DNA of 44,434 nucleotides from Batkoa obscura (Eukaryota): NCBI GenBank assembly GCA_030770535.1, contig JASVEC010000131.1, positions 1 to 44,434 of the forward strand, read 5' to 3'. Shown piece by piece: positions 11,994 to 22,495 of this stretch (position 1 is its first letter; each line of letters starts with the position of its first letter). The notes under the pieces were generated by a model. It saw only the letters and a program-made list of their open reading frames with translations, ran no database searches and was not told where the DNA came from. The position numbers and the translations under genes were made by a program.

Positions 11994-12342
11994 ATGAGTT
12001 CCTTTTATGATGAAGTAGAAATCGAAGATATGGACTTTGATGAGGAGTCAAATATTTATCACTACCCTTGCCCATGCGGTGATAGATTCGAAATTTCATT
12101 GGTAGTTATATTCATTTGTAAGATTAGCATAACTGACTTTTTTTTAGGAAGAATTAAGGGACGGTGAAGACGTTGGTAGATGTCCATCTTGTTCTTTAAT
12201 TATAAGAGTTATCTTTGACCCAGTAAGTTGTTTTTATACATCAAGAATGTCACTAATATCATTTAAGGACGAATTTATGGATAATAATGAAGAAGATAAA
12301 GAAAATTTAGCTGTATCTTTAGACACTCCTATCCAAGTTTAA
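11994..12342 (+). CDS. DPH3: Diphthamide biosynthesis protein 3 (CSL zinc finger), 85 aa, exons 11994-12101, 12148-12222, 12268-12342
   Basis: [61 protein letters not shown]...; CPCGD and CPSCSL motifs; GT-AG introns. Confidence 0.96.
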
Positions 12343-12534
12343 AAATATATTTAAAGTAAGAAATGAAAGCAAATTAAGCTTACATTTTCTTATTACATTG
12401 TTGATGGCTTTATTAAATAGAATTGCTTTATTCTCCTAATATTTTTAAATAAATAGAGTAAATTTAAATTTATGGCGATATATTTAGTTAAATAGCAGAC
12501 TTTATTTTAAAAAGCAGTATTATGTAAATATTGT

Positions 12535-13071
12535 TTACTTCGCAGCTGGTGGGTGAGTAGGTTGATTTGAGTCAACATTAGTATTATCTGCATTTAGTAA
12601 CCAGGATAACTGTAAGTTTAAGTAAGAGCGAAAGCTAGTCCATAAAAAATATGGAATAAAATACAATAAAGCAGTTGTATCAATAGTACCGAAAAAAAAC
12701 AAAGCAATCAGGTTAGCTATCCAAAGCCCAGCCATGCTGATCAACGGGATAGGAGAAGCATTTGTCCCAATATATGTCAAAGACCAAATCGAATCCAATA
12801 ATAGTTGAATGTTGAATAAATAACCTAATAGCTCATAGAAGTAACTATCTTTGTCATAATTCATCTTTACTATATAGTATGCGTAACCATACAGCGAACT
12901 GCTTATTATTGAAAGCAAAGTAAAATACCTCTCATTCAAGTGCCTTTTAGGGTTTCTTAATCGCTTGTACCAACTTTTACTGCTTAATTGACTATATTGA
13001 TAACTAGCTATTACACTAACCATCAGTGGCCCCCAAACGCTCTGATATAAATTTTCGTCGTAAATATACAT
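12535..13071 (-). CDS. TspO/MBR family translocator membrane protein
   Basis: Five hydrophobic segments; WYKRLRNP, QLLLDSIWS and PYFLWTSFRSYLN resemble TSPO signature motifs. Confidence 0.8.
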   Translation of the reverse strand: MYIYDENLYQSVWGPLMVSVIASYQYSQLSSKSWYKRLRNPKRHLNERYFTLLSIISSSLYGYAYYIVKMNYDKDSYFYELLGYLFNIQLLLDSIWSLTYIGTNASPIPLISMAGLWIANLIALFFFGTIDTTALLYFIPYFLWTSFRSYLNLQLSWLLNADNTNVDSNQPTHPPAAK

Positions 13072-13262
13072 TTTATTTTGTCGATTGTTATTTTGTAAAT
13101 GTGCTATTTTGGCTTTATTTTATTCTATTTACTTTTCATATCCATCATAATTTAATCATAATCAAATCATATCTTTATCATTTTAAACAATTATAAGCAA
13201 TTTTATATAATTAACTTTTATATAAGATATTTGGGCTTACTAAGCTGCTAGTTAAGTACATA

Positions 13263-13366
13263 ATGTAGGAATGTTTTTTTGGCTTTATCACTTTTTCTAT
13301 CTTTTAAGCGTTATTTGAATGGAAAGATTGTTAGTAAAATCCTTAAATACAGATACATCTCCATGC
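13263..13366 (+). mobile_element. MITE copy 6
   Basis: ATGT-AGGAATGTTTTTTTGG...TACATCTCC-ATGC. Confidence 0.8.
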
Positions 13367-13575
13367 ACTCTTGAAGACATCAAAGGGTATTAAAAATATT
13401 TATAAAACACTAAAGCTAATTGAGACAATTTGATCTCAAAAATGCTATCATATTTAGTATTTAAGAGCCATTCACTTTAAATATTATTTATACATTTGAT
13501 AATTTAAACTTCAGATAATACATCAAATACCCGATTTTAACCGTTAATTACTTTGAGTTATGTAAATATAATACT

Positions 13576-13680
13576 ATATGGGGATGTATTTTTATGTTTA
13601 AGAATCCTACTAACAAATTTTCCGCTCAAATAGCACTTAAAAGAGAAAAAGTAATGAAGCCAAAAAAAACAGCCCCATAT
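13576..13680 (-). mobile_element. MITE copy 7 (reverse)
   Basis: ATAT-GGGGATGTATTTTT...GAAGCCAAAAAAAACAGCCCC-ATAT. Confidence 0.88.
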
Positions 13681-14707
13681 CGTGTTTGCATTAAATTTAT
13701 TATTATTAGCCAGACATTCTATAAACTTCATAATACACAGTCATTTGCTTGAATTAAAGAAGTGATATAAATTTTACTTTCATAATTAAAATAATTGTTT
13801 CTTTAGTTCATTCATTTAACAAAGCAATAATACTATTAAGAAAGCTACAACTCTGGATAAAACTCAGTAGATGTTTGAAATTCCTGGAATTGCTTATTAG
13901 CATATGGCAACTGAAGTAGTAAAAAAGCTATTAACTATTTGGGAATATACCAATTATTTGAAATTTGGGATAGTTTCTAAAAGAGATCATCTAATGGTAA
14001 TGGTATAAAATTATAAAATTATAAAATCTTATCTTTAAACGTCTCAAATTTAGCTTTAAGGCAGTAGTTATAGCTATTTGATATGGTCTATGCTTGTAAT
14101 ACGGGCAAGTAAAAGCTTGGTTAAAATAGGGCTAAAATTTCACTTCACCTCTTTTGTCCATTTTCTATATAGCATAAATTCTGAAAAAAACACTAAATAA
14201 ATAATGGATAAAAAAACACCCCCATAGATAATTTTAAGATTGAGTAAAAAACTTATCTCAGCACCTTATACCTAATTCGTAATTTTAGTTAAAATCTATA
14301 GTGGACAAAAATTGAACTAAGCTTTTAAACTAACCCATAAAGTATTTTCTAAGATAATCTGACTTTTTGGACGGATCAGTTTTTTTGGAGGCATAGAATT
14401 ATTATAGTTTAACATGGTTATAGAAAAACTGAGCTACTCTTAAATACTAAACATTTTCTGTTGCAATCAATATATTTCAAATCGATTTTAGCCCAAGAAG
14501 TCAAATTACTTTAAAAAGTAACTTATAGCTGATAGTTATATTTTTAAATAATGGCCTGTTTCTAAAAAATTGACTTCTATTTTTAAAATTCACACAACTA
14601 AAAATCTTGGCTTTAGCTTTATTTTAGTAGTTTAATTTATTTTGAACTAAATAAATAAACTTTGTATTATTTATAAATATCATTGTAATATACAATTAAA
14701 TTGCTTT

Positions 14708-14737
14708 AAGGTAACAATTATAAATAATTGTTACCTT
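14708..14737. promoter_or_regulatory. Perfect 14-bp inverted repeat upstream of the secreted peptide gene (also at 33687-33716)
   Basis: AAGGTAACAATTAT-AA-ATAATTGTTACCTT, ~105 bp before the ATG; regulatory role is inferred. Confidence 0.45.
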
Positions 14738-14842
14738 GTTTTCTTTTAAGACATTTTAAAAATGATACTTAGGTTGAATTTGTAACTCATAGTATAAATA
14801 CTTTAATGAAATAATTGTTTTATATTATCAATTAAATCAAAT

Positions 14843-15085
14843 ATGAAATTTATTCAATCAATTGCTGCTTTATCTTTTGTACTTCCATTTGTAGTGTCTC
14901 TTTGTCCTAATCCAAATAGTGAACGTTGTAATAAAGGAAATAGTGGAGTTTATTGCTATGATGGTTATAGTTGTCCAAGATGCTGGACTTGGAATAATGG
15001 GGAATGGGACTGCTATGATATCCTTGCTGATTCTAAATGTACTTTTAGTAGTTGGATTGATATTGATAATCCATATAATTGTTAA
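14843..15085 (+). CDS. Small secreted cysteine-rich protein (80 aa, 8 Cys), copy A
   Basis: Signal peptide MKFIQSIAALSFVLPFVVS; mature region with 8 Cys and 4 Trp; TATAAATA upstream, AATAAA downstream. Confidence 0.88.
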   Translation: MKFIQSIAALSFVLPFVVSLCPNPNSERCNKGNSGVYCYDGYSCPRCWTWNNGEWDCYDILADSKCTFSSWIDIDNPYNC

Positions 15086-15252
15086 TTCATTTAAATAAAC
15101 ATTATATTATAATCAAATATTATATTTTTCATTGATTTTTTATCACTCATAAAAAGTTAAAATTTTAATAATAGCTAGTTTGCTATTTTCAAAAGCAAAA
15201 ATCTAATACGAAGTCAGTGTTTAAACTTTTTTATTTTGTTTTATTACTAACA

Positions 15253-15358
15253 ATGTGGGGATGTATTTTTGTGTCTAAGAATTTTACTAACAAATTTTCC
15301 CCTTAAATAGCGCTTAAAAAATGGAAAAATAATGAAGTAAAAAAAAACACTCCCATAT
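15253..15358 (-). mobile_element. MITE copy 8 (reverse)
   Basis: ATGT-GGGGATGTATTTTTGTG...AAAAAAACACTCCC-ATAT. Confidence 0.88.
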
Positions 15359-16251
15359 AGAGTCCCTTTTTCCTTATGGTCTTTTCGTTTTTTAAGCATA
15401 TAATTTCGATAAAACCTTAGTAAAATTTTGAATAAAAAATATAATATATAGTTTATACTGAATGATAGTTTACATTTATTATTTTCATATAGAATAAAAA
15501 TTTAATATTTTTCATAAATATTAACATTTTAATGTATATTTGATCTTTTTTAGTATGCAGTAGACTATTTTCAAGCTTTTTTATCTATATGCTTTTAGCA
15601 GGGTTCTTGTTTCAATATCATTTATTTTCAAGTTCATGTGAATATCTATATCTTTATGTTTATCCTAAATCATATTATTATTTCTAATTATAAAATTAAA
15701 ACTGTGTAGATTTTTATCAATGAAAGAAGTACAGTATCAACCAATCAAAATCATTTATAATATTATAATAATTTATGAGTTTTGTAAAGAAATTAAACAA
15801 TTTACAAAATTGAAATCCTAATACTTTTTTAGGGATTCAAATCTAATAACAATGATTGAAGTGACAAGAACTTATCAAAAATTTATAATTCGAACTATGG
15901 CAATGAAAGAACAATACTATATACGATTGAATGTCAAAATTTTTGACTTGTTTTTTAATATGAAAATATGAGGCTATAAGGCCAAGAGTTTAATATGGTG
16001 ACTATATAATCATAGAGGATGAGCCATATTATTTAGATGAATTTAGTTATGTAATGAATATAAAAATTGATATATTTAATGTCCATTTGTATAAACTAAG
16101 TTCAAAAAAAGAGATTATTCGTTAATATAGTTGAGTGGGATAAATATAACAGTACACTTAATACATTGAAAATGATATAATAGCAACTTTTAATTATTTC
16201 AATATTAAAAAAACAAATGATACGATAAATATAGAATTATTTAATTCTATT

Positions 16252-16356
16252 ATATAGGGCTATTTTTTTTAGTTTCATTATTTTTCCATTTTTTAAGCAC
16301 TATTTGAGTGGAAAGATTGTAGCAAAATTCTTAGACACAAAAATTCATCCTCATAT
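16252..16356 (+). mobile_element. MITE copy 9
   Basis: ATAT-AGGGCTATTTTTTTTAG...CACAAAAATTCATCCTC-ATAT. Confidence 0.82.
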
Positions 16357-16395
16357 AGACAATAGTTTTGTTTTTAGTAAACGGTCTTATGTATC

Positions 16396-16501
16396 AAATG
16401 GGGGTGTTTTTTTCAACTTCATTACTTTTTCTACTTTTAAGCACTATCTGAACGGAAAATTTGTTAGTAAAGTTCTTGAACACAAAAACACATCCCCAAA
16501 T
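16396..16501 (+). mobile_element. MITE copy 10
   Basis: AAAT-GGGGGTGTTTTTTTC...AAAAACACATCCCC-AAAT; non-palindromic 4-bp direct repeat. Confidence 0.88.
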
Positions 16502-16844
16502 GCTTGATATTTTATACAACCAATAGATTTTATTATTTAGAATCTTTAATAGCAAGATTATCAAGTGTCCCTTGACATTCAGCCCAAAGAATTGATACTA
16601 ATTTATGAGCTAAATAAAGGTTATTATGTACATCAACTATTCATAAAAAACAACAAATCATACCTTACTGAAGAAATAAAAGATGTAACCCAACTTACAC
16701 TTCTTAATAAAAATATTGTATTTGAATTAAATTTGAAATCTTATAATATAGTTGAGTATAAACTCGGAAGTATTATAATTGATAAAACAAACATGTTTAA
16801 ACCAAACAATTTATGTGTTACATAACAACAGAATCTGATTCTGT

Positions 16845-16951
16845 ATATGGGGATGTTTTTTTTGGCTTCATCATTTTTTCCATCTTTCAAGCGCTATTTA
16901 AGTGGAAAAATTGTTAGTAAAATTCTTAAATACAAAAATACATCCCCATAT
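16845..16951 (+). mobile_element. MITE copy 11 (close to consensus)
   Basis: ATAT-GGGGATGTTTTTTTTGGCTTC...TTTTTTCCA...AGCGCT...TGGAAAAA...AAAAATACATCCCC-ATAT. Confidence 0.92.
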
Positions 16952-18315
16952 AGTATTTTGAAGTTCAACTAAATATGTTTGAAGTTGAGTTACTAAACAA
17001 AGCAATTCGAATTGAGCATGATGGATGTATAGTTAACAATGATAATTATATGATAAGTTTGCTTGACGTAATTTTAATCAACAACATTGATTATAACACG
17101 TCTCCTACTGACTTAAAGGACGACGTCCTATATGATATCCAGAGTTCAAATAAAATACAAATATATATCATTGAAGCTTGGGAATAAGTCAATGATATAT
17201 TTCCAACAATATATAATGAGGAAGATAAAACAAAGGAAATAACAGTAAATATTAACTTGTTAGTTGATAGAGTTGTAGAGGAAATAATTAGCCTTATTTT
17301 AGTAATAGCTATAGCACTGATTTTACATAAAGGTAAGTTTAGAAAAGACATCCAGATTTCATTATTGAGCCAATTGCTATCAATCCAGTCAATTTTTTAG
17401 ACATTAATGGTAACTACCATAATTCTGAAATACTCATTCATTCTCATAAAATTGGCAGTGCTATTACAGTGCTAACTATGAAGATAAATATTAAACTTTT
17501 AAGAGATATAAGTATAATTGAAACTAAAGATCCAAATAATATATAAATTGAACGTGAAATCATAATTATATATACAATATCAATGTATTTTATTGCTAAT
17601 TGATGTCATATTACCTTAATTACTTTGGCTTTTACTGTAATCTTTTATCTTACTAATTGTGTTCAATTTGATATTTTTAAAGTATATAAATAAATGTTTA
17701 TAAATCTAATGTTTTTAATCTTTCAAGTATTTCTTAATTTCTTTTTATTCTTACTTTTCATAATGTTTTTTTATTGTGATTTGTTCCTGTTGCATGAAGC
17801 TATCTAATATCTAAAAAATCAAAAAGCGTTATTACTTTCACTTTTTTATTTTCAGTGATATTAGTATAAATCAGACTTTCAATATGCTCCTTATCATCTA
17901 ACCTTGACATGAATAGTAAAGTGTAGGTGTTTTATTTTTTCATACATATCTTCGATAAAAATTACTACATGTTGTTTTTATACTCTCTTGCGCTTCTCCA
18001 ATTAACTCTTTACTTGGTTTATAACTCCTTTTGAAATAATAATTGAAAAGATATTTATTCATCATTGTACCCCTTAATATATCACTTGCTTACAAATACA
18101 AAATAAAATTAGTTTGTATCATGAACAAAAATCCAATGAATAGTAAGGGATTTGAATTAATCTATTTTATTTAATTGGGTATTCTCAGGTAAATAAATAT
18201 AGTTACTAAAAAATCGCTACACTTTCAACTATTATTTAAATAGTAGTAGCAATTATTTAAGTATATTGGCCATGCTGTATAATAGCTTATAATATTTTTA
18301 AAAGTCTTTAACTCT

Positions 18316-20103
18316 ATGGAAAACCAAAACATCTTAGAAATCACCAAAAGAAGATATAGATGCGATCAATGCTCCAAAAGCCATTTTAAATGCGATAAGC
18401 TGCTACCTAAATGTTCAAAATGTACAAAAAGAAATATTGAATGTACTTTAGATAGGAATCTTGTATATAATAAAAAGGATAAAGCGGAGTGTGAAGTGGA
18501 AACCAAGGTATTCCATATCAAATTTAGGAATGTTTCTAATGCCAATTTTAAAGCCAAGGTTACTTCAAAAGTCAATTTAATTCCTGCAAAAGAAAATGTA
18601 TCTACCTCAGAGTCATTTGAACTTAATGGAGCTAAACACCAATTGATAAAGTTACCAAAGGATTATAACTTCTCATATAATATTCTAGGGATTTTTAACA
18701 AATTTAAAAGGAAAATATTATTAGAAAATTTACTAAACTTTATCCAAAACCCATCCCCGTTTTTTCCTAGTAAAGGTTTAAATCTTTTTATTATATTAAC
18801 AGATAAGTTAGGACTATTGATATCCAAACCTAAAAAATTGGCCTTTATACCTGAGATACCAAACGAAGCTACATTTAATATTGGACCAATCTTAAAGCAA
18901 GCTATAGTCAACTATTTCAAATTTGTTAATACAACATTTCCTTTATTTGATGAAACAAGGTTTAATTTTCTTTCATGTCCATTTAACTTGAAATTAGCAA
19001 TACTTGTAGGTGGTCTTTTCCATATGGAACAAACAGAAACAGTAAAGAATTTGATCAAATATTTCGAAGGAAAGCTTTATAATCTACTTTCAAACATTCT
19101 TAAAATCAAACCTAAATTAGAAAATATACAAATCATACTTATATTAATAAGCGGGATAACTTGTTTTCAGTGGCTTAATAATCTCAAGGAATCCCTTTTA
19201 TTTTATTGCTATAGGATTTCGTTTATAATAGGATTAAATCAATCATCAAAAAAATTATCAAAAAATACCAATATTGAACGACTATATACTTATTGTATAC
19301 TAAATTCATATCATAACGGAACGTTGTTGACAGCTGGATCATATATTGCAGAACCTACACTTCCATTAGAGTTAAAGAAATTAGATAGCTATTATGTAAG
19401 TAAATTTTCTAACCATAGTTTTGATTTCAATAAAGAGGATAAAGATATTCAACGATATTGTTTTTTGAAGTTACAAGGATTTTATTATATAATCAGCACG
19501 TTATTTTTTGATTTACGCTTAATTAAAGAGAAGAAGATAAAAGAAACACAGGACCATGTAAAATTCAACAATCTCCTAAAGAGACTTTCATTCAAACTAT
19601 TTTTAGTTAAAGATAAGTATACCGCTGTTATGGATGATATTTTACCATTTGTGGATAATCAAACTTTAAAAGCAACTATCAAGGATTATCAAGATTGTAT
19701 TAATTACTTTTTTCACCACATCAACTTTTGGGTTTACTCTATTCAATTCAATGTATCAAAAGAAAGAAAGATTTATGAACATGAAGAATTTGAAGGAAGT
19801 AAAATTATTAATAAAAAAGTGTCGGACTATGTTAAAATTATACTTAATCAGTGTTATTCTGTAATTGATAGCGCTATTATAATTCCTCATAGATATACGC
19901 TTACCCTTGACTGCCCTCTTATTTCTACATGCTTAGTTTTTATGGTACGATATGGGAGAAACGATAATAAGACTATAATGTATATTAAAAAAGGGAAAGA
20001 ACTATTGGAATCTTTATTAATTATACCTTCTGCTATGGAGATGTGTCGATTTAATTTGAAATTGATTGAAATTATTGATGCATCTTTAAAGTCTCCTATG
20101 TAA
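18316..20103 (+). CDS. Zn(II)2Cys6 fungal transcription factor, 595 aa, intronless
   Basis: CDQCSKSHFKCDKLLPKCSKCTKRNIEC zinc cluster; paralog of the other three. Confidence 0.92.
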   Translation: MENQNILEITKRRYRCDQCSKSHFKCDKLLPKCSKCTKRNIECTLDRNLVYNKKDKAECEVETKVFHIKFRNVSNANFKAKVTSKVNLIPAKENVSTSESFELNGAKHQLIKLPKDYNFSYNILGIFNKFKRKILLENLLNFIQNPSPFFPSKGLNLFIILTDKLGLLISKPKKLAFIPEIPNEATFNIGPILKQAIVNYFKFVNTTFPLFDETRFNFLSCPFNLKLAILVGGLFHMEQTETVKNLIKYFEGKLYNLLSNILKIKPKLENIQIILILISGITCFQWLNNLKESLLFYCYRISFIIGLNQSSKKLSKNTNIERLYTYCILNSYHNGTLLTAGSYIAEPTLPLELKKLDSYYVSKFSNHSFDFNKEDKDIQRYCFLKLQGFYYIISTLFFDLRLIKEKKIKETQDHVKFNNLLKRLSFKLFLVKDKYTAVMDDILPFVDNQTLKATIKDYQDCINYFFHHINFWVYSIQFNVSKERKIYEHEEFEGSKIINKKVSDYVKIILNQCYSVIDSAIIIPHRYTLTLDCPLISTCLVFMVRYGRNDNKTIMYIKKGKELLESLLIIPSAMEMCRFNLKLIEIIDASLKSPM

Positions 20104-20590
20104 ATATTAAAAGAACAGTCACTTTAAGGTACTACTTTAACATCCTATACAAATCTACTGTTTATCAAATTTTTATCTTGTTTTTTTCAAATCGAATTTT
20201 TCTCCAAATATAGATATTATATACTTATTTAATAAATAAACATTTTATTATAAAGTTTTTACTAATTAAGAGTATTATAAAAACAGTTATAAAAAATAGA
20301 CATACGGCAAGTAAATATATATCATCTAAAATTTACATAACCTTTTTATTTAATTTTGTTGTTTAAATGTTTAGCATTCCTTTATAAAATTAGATAAAAG
20401 GCTTACCTGTTTACTTCTAGCCTTAACTTTAAATTTAAAGTTAAATTAGATAAAATTAGTTATTTATCTATAATCAACTTTTTAACATTGCTTCATAGTT
20501 ATTCTATAATTAAAATGTTCCATTAATAGCTATCTTAATACTAAGTAGCAACTTATATATATTATAAAAAATGTTAAATAATTAAACTAC

Positions 20591-20694
20591 AATTGGAGCT
20601 GCGTTTTTGTGTTTAAAATTTTACTAACAATCTTTCCACTCAAACAATGCTTAAAAGATTGAAAAAAATGAAGTCAAAAAAACACTCTCCAATC
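20591..20694 (-). mobile_element. MITE copy 12 (reverse, diverged)
   Basis: AATT-GGAGCTGCGTTTTTGTG...AAAAAAACACTCTCC-AATC. Confidence 0.78.
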
Positions 20695-20803
20695 GTTAGT
20701 TTTTAGATAATAAATTACAAATATTAATAGAAGTTATTTAAAAAACTGAGAAAAATTCTTCAATAACGAATAACTAAAAATAAAATAATCTAAAAAAAAT
20801 ACA

Positions 20804-20900
20804 ATATGGGGTTGTTTTTTTAGTTTCGTTATTTTTCCATTTTTTAAGCGCTATTTGAGTGGAAAGATTGTAGTAAAGTTAAAAAAACACATCTTCATAT
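20804..20900 (+). mobile_element. MITE copy 13 (tandem with copy 14)
   Basis: ATAT-GGGGTTGTTTTTT...AAAACACATCTTC-ATAT. Confidence 0.82.
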
Positions 20901-21003
20901 GGGGATGTTTTTTTTTGCTTCATTACTTTTTCCATCTTTTAAGCGTTGTTTACATGGAAAAATTATTAGTAAAATTATTAAATACAAAAATACATCCCCA
21001 TAT
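20897..21003 (+). mobile_element. MITE copy 14
   Basis: ATAT-GGGGATGTTTTTTTTTGCTTC...AAAAATACATCCCC-ATAT; shares ATAT with copy 13. Confidence 0.9.
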
Positions 21004-22495
21004 CTTAACATTTAATACATTTGAATTTATTTGTTGAATTTACTATTAAATTGACAAACATTTGTTAGTATATCACAATCGATAGCTTTATAATAAATTT
21101 ATTAAAAGGAAAAGAAAATAGTTTTATCATTTCTAAACATAAGAAACTTATAAAATATTAAATTAATAATTAAAAAATAAACAATTTAAAATATTTGTGT
21201 AAATTGAGTTGTGTAACAAATACTAGTATTATTGTTAAATTGATATTAATTTCTTATAACATAAAAGGTGTATTTGAATACAACTTTTAATTACAAAAAG
21301 TGGATTTAATTTAAAACTTTAGACTGAAATTTAAATCTTAATTCAATTTCAAGGGTTTGGGGAAATGGCATAAAGCTTGCATAAAAGTTTAATTTATTTT
21401 AAAGTATTTTCAATACATTTAAGTTTTTTAAATTGCAGATGACTTTCAATTTTAATTATAAGGCATGAATTATTGCCATACTATTTAAATATTGTACTTT
21501 ATTTATAAAAGTTGATATTTTTATTAAAATTAAAATACTCCTATTAATTATCGAATTGAATTTATTTACTGTATTAGTTATATTCAAAGGCTTTAATAAA
21601 TAGTAGTCGCAGAATTCAATGTGGTTTATTATTTATTTTAAATAAGAAGTTGATTTGATTTTTTAAGTTAATATTAATTCTTTGTTGTAATGGTTCTGAG
21701 ACAAGAATATTCGTTTATTCTTTAATTTCTTACTAAGTAAAAAAGGGTACAACATAAAAACAAATAACTTGTGTTAATCTCCATATCTTGGAAAATAGTT
21801 CTAAAAGTAATAAAACATTTATAACTTAATAAGTAAACTTTATTTGTTTATTTCATATATTAGAATAATTTTTTTATAATTCTTTTTAAAATAACTAATG
21901 GTAACCTAAAGCGCTAAAAAATTTAAAATTTGACTATTTTTGTTGATTTTTAATTCCAGTCCTGCTCTTAATTTATTCTTGAGATGATGTAATCTCGGAA
22001 GGATGAATTCATCGCTTTTTTAAGAAATGATCATTAATAGTGAGCATTTTCGAGAAAATAAATTTAAATTTATTATAAAAGTGAATCAAAATAATCAAAT
22101 AGATAAGGGAATTAAGTAATAATGATGATGGAATTAACATAATACTAATATAATAGTAGATAATAGAAAATAATCTAATATTGATAAAATAATAACATAC
22201 AGTAATAATACAATATAATATATATAAATTTAAGAATAATTGAAATAATGATTTAAAAAGAATATTCTAAATGGGACCTAGATTTTAAGTATTTATTACT
22301 TAATATCTATATTATTAATTCTTATGCACACATCAAACGAGTGACTCAGCTATAAACTCAATATAAAACTATATAAGCAAACTCAAATTACATTTAATGG
22401 CCAATTGTTTTTATACATATAATAAAAGGTAGACTACCATAATTAAAATTAAACAATAATAAAATAACCATTATAATTTTCTAGTTAACTAAAAT

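Larger units (their letters stand above)
14530..15125 (+). repeat. 596-bp inverted duplication, left copy (partner 33299-33894)
   Basis: Colinear without indels (paired coordinates sum to 48424); one substitution seen (14594 A vs 33830 G). Confidence 0.93.
15720..17620 (+). pseudogene. Decayed Kelch-like/membrane protein gene interrupted by three MITEs
   Basis: Broken frames IIIEDEPYYLDEF and NIVEWDKYT, fragments at 16565-16825 and 16975-17187, hydrophobic IISLILVIAIALIL near 17280; homologous to 32670-32860 on the minus strand. Boundaries approximate. Confidence 0.5.

Noticed and set aside
13740..14120. Coding-like stretch (ATTLDKTQ*MFEIPGIAY*)
   Set aside because: Multiple stops and no recognisable homology; cannot be assigned.
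22342..22348. TGACTCA (Gcn4/AP-1-type site) upstream of ENA1, and AGTGAC-n5-GTCACT upstream of ALDH7 (~41284-41300)
   Set aside because: Plausible bZIP-type sites, but too short to support from sequence alone.
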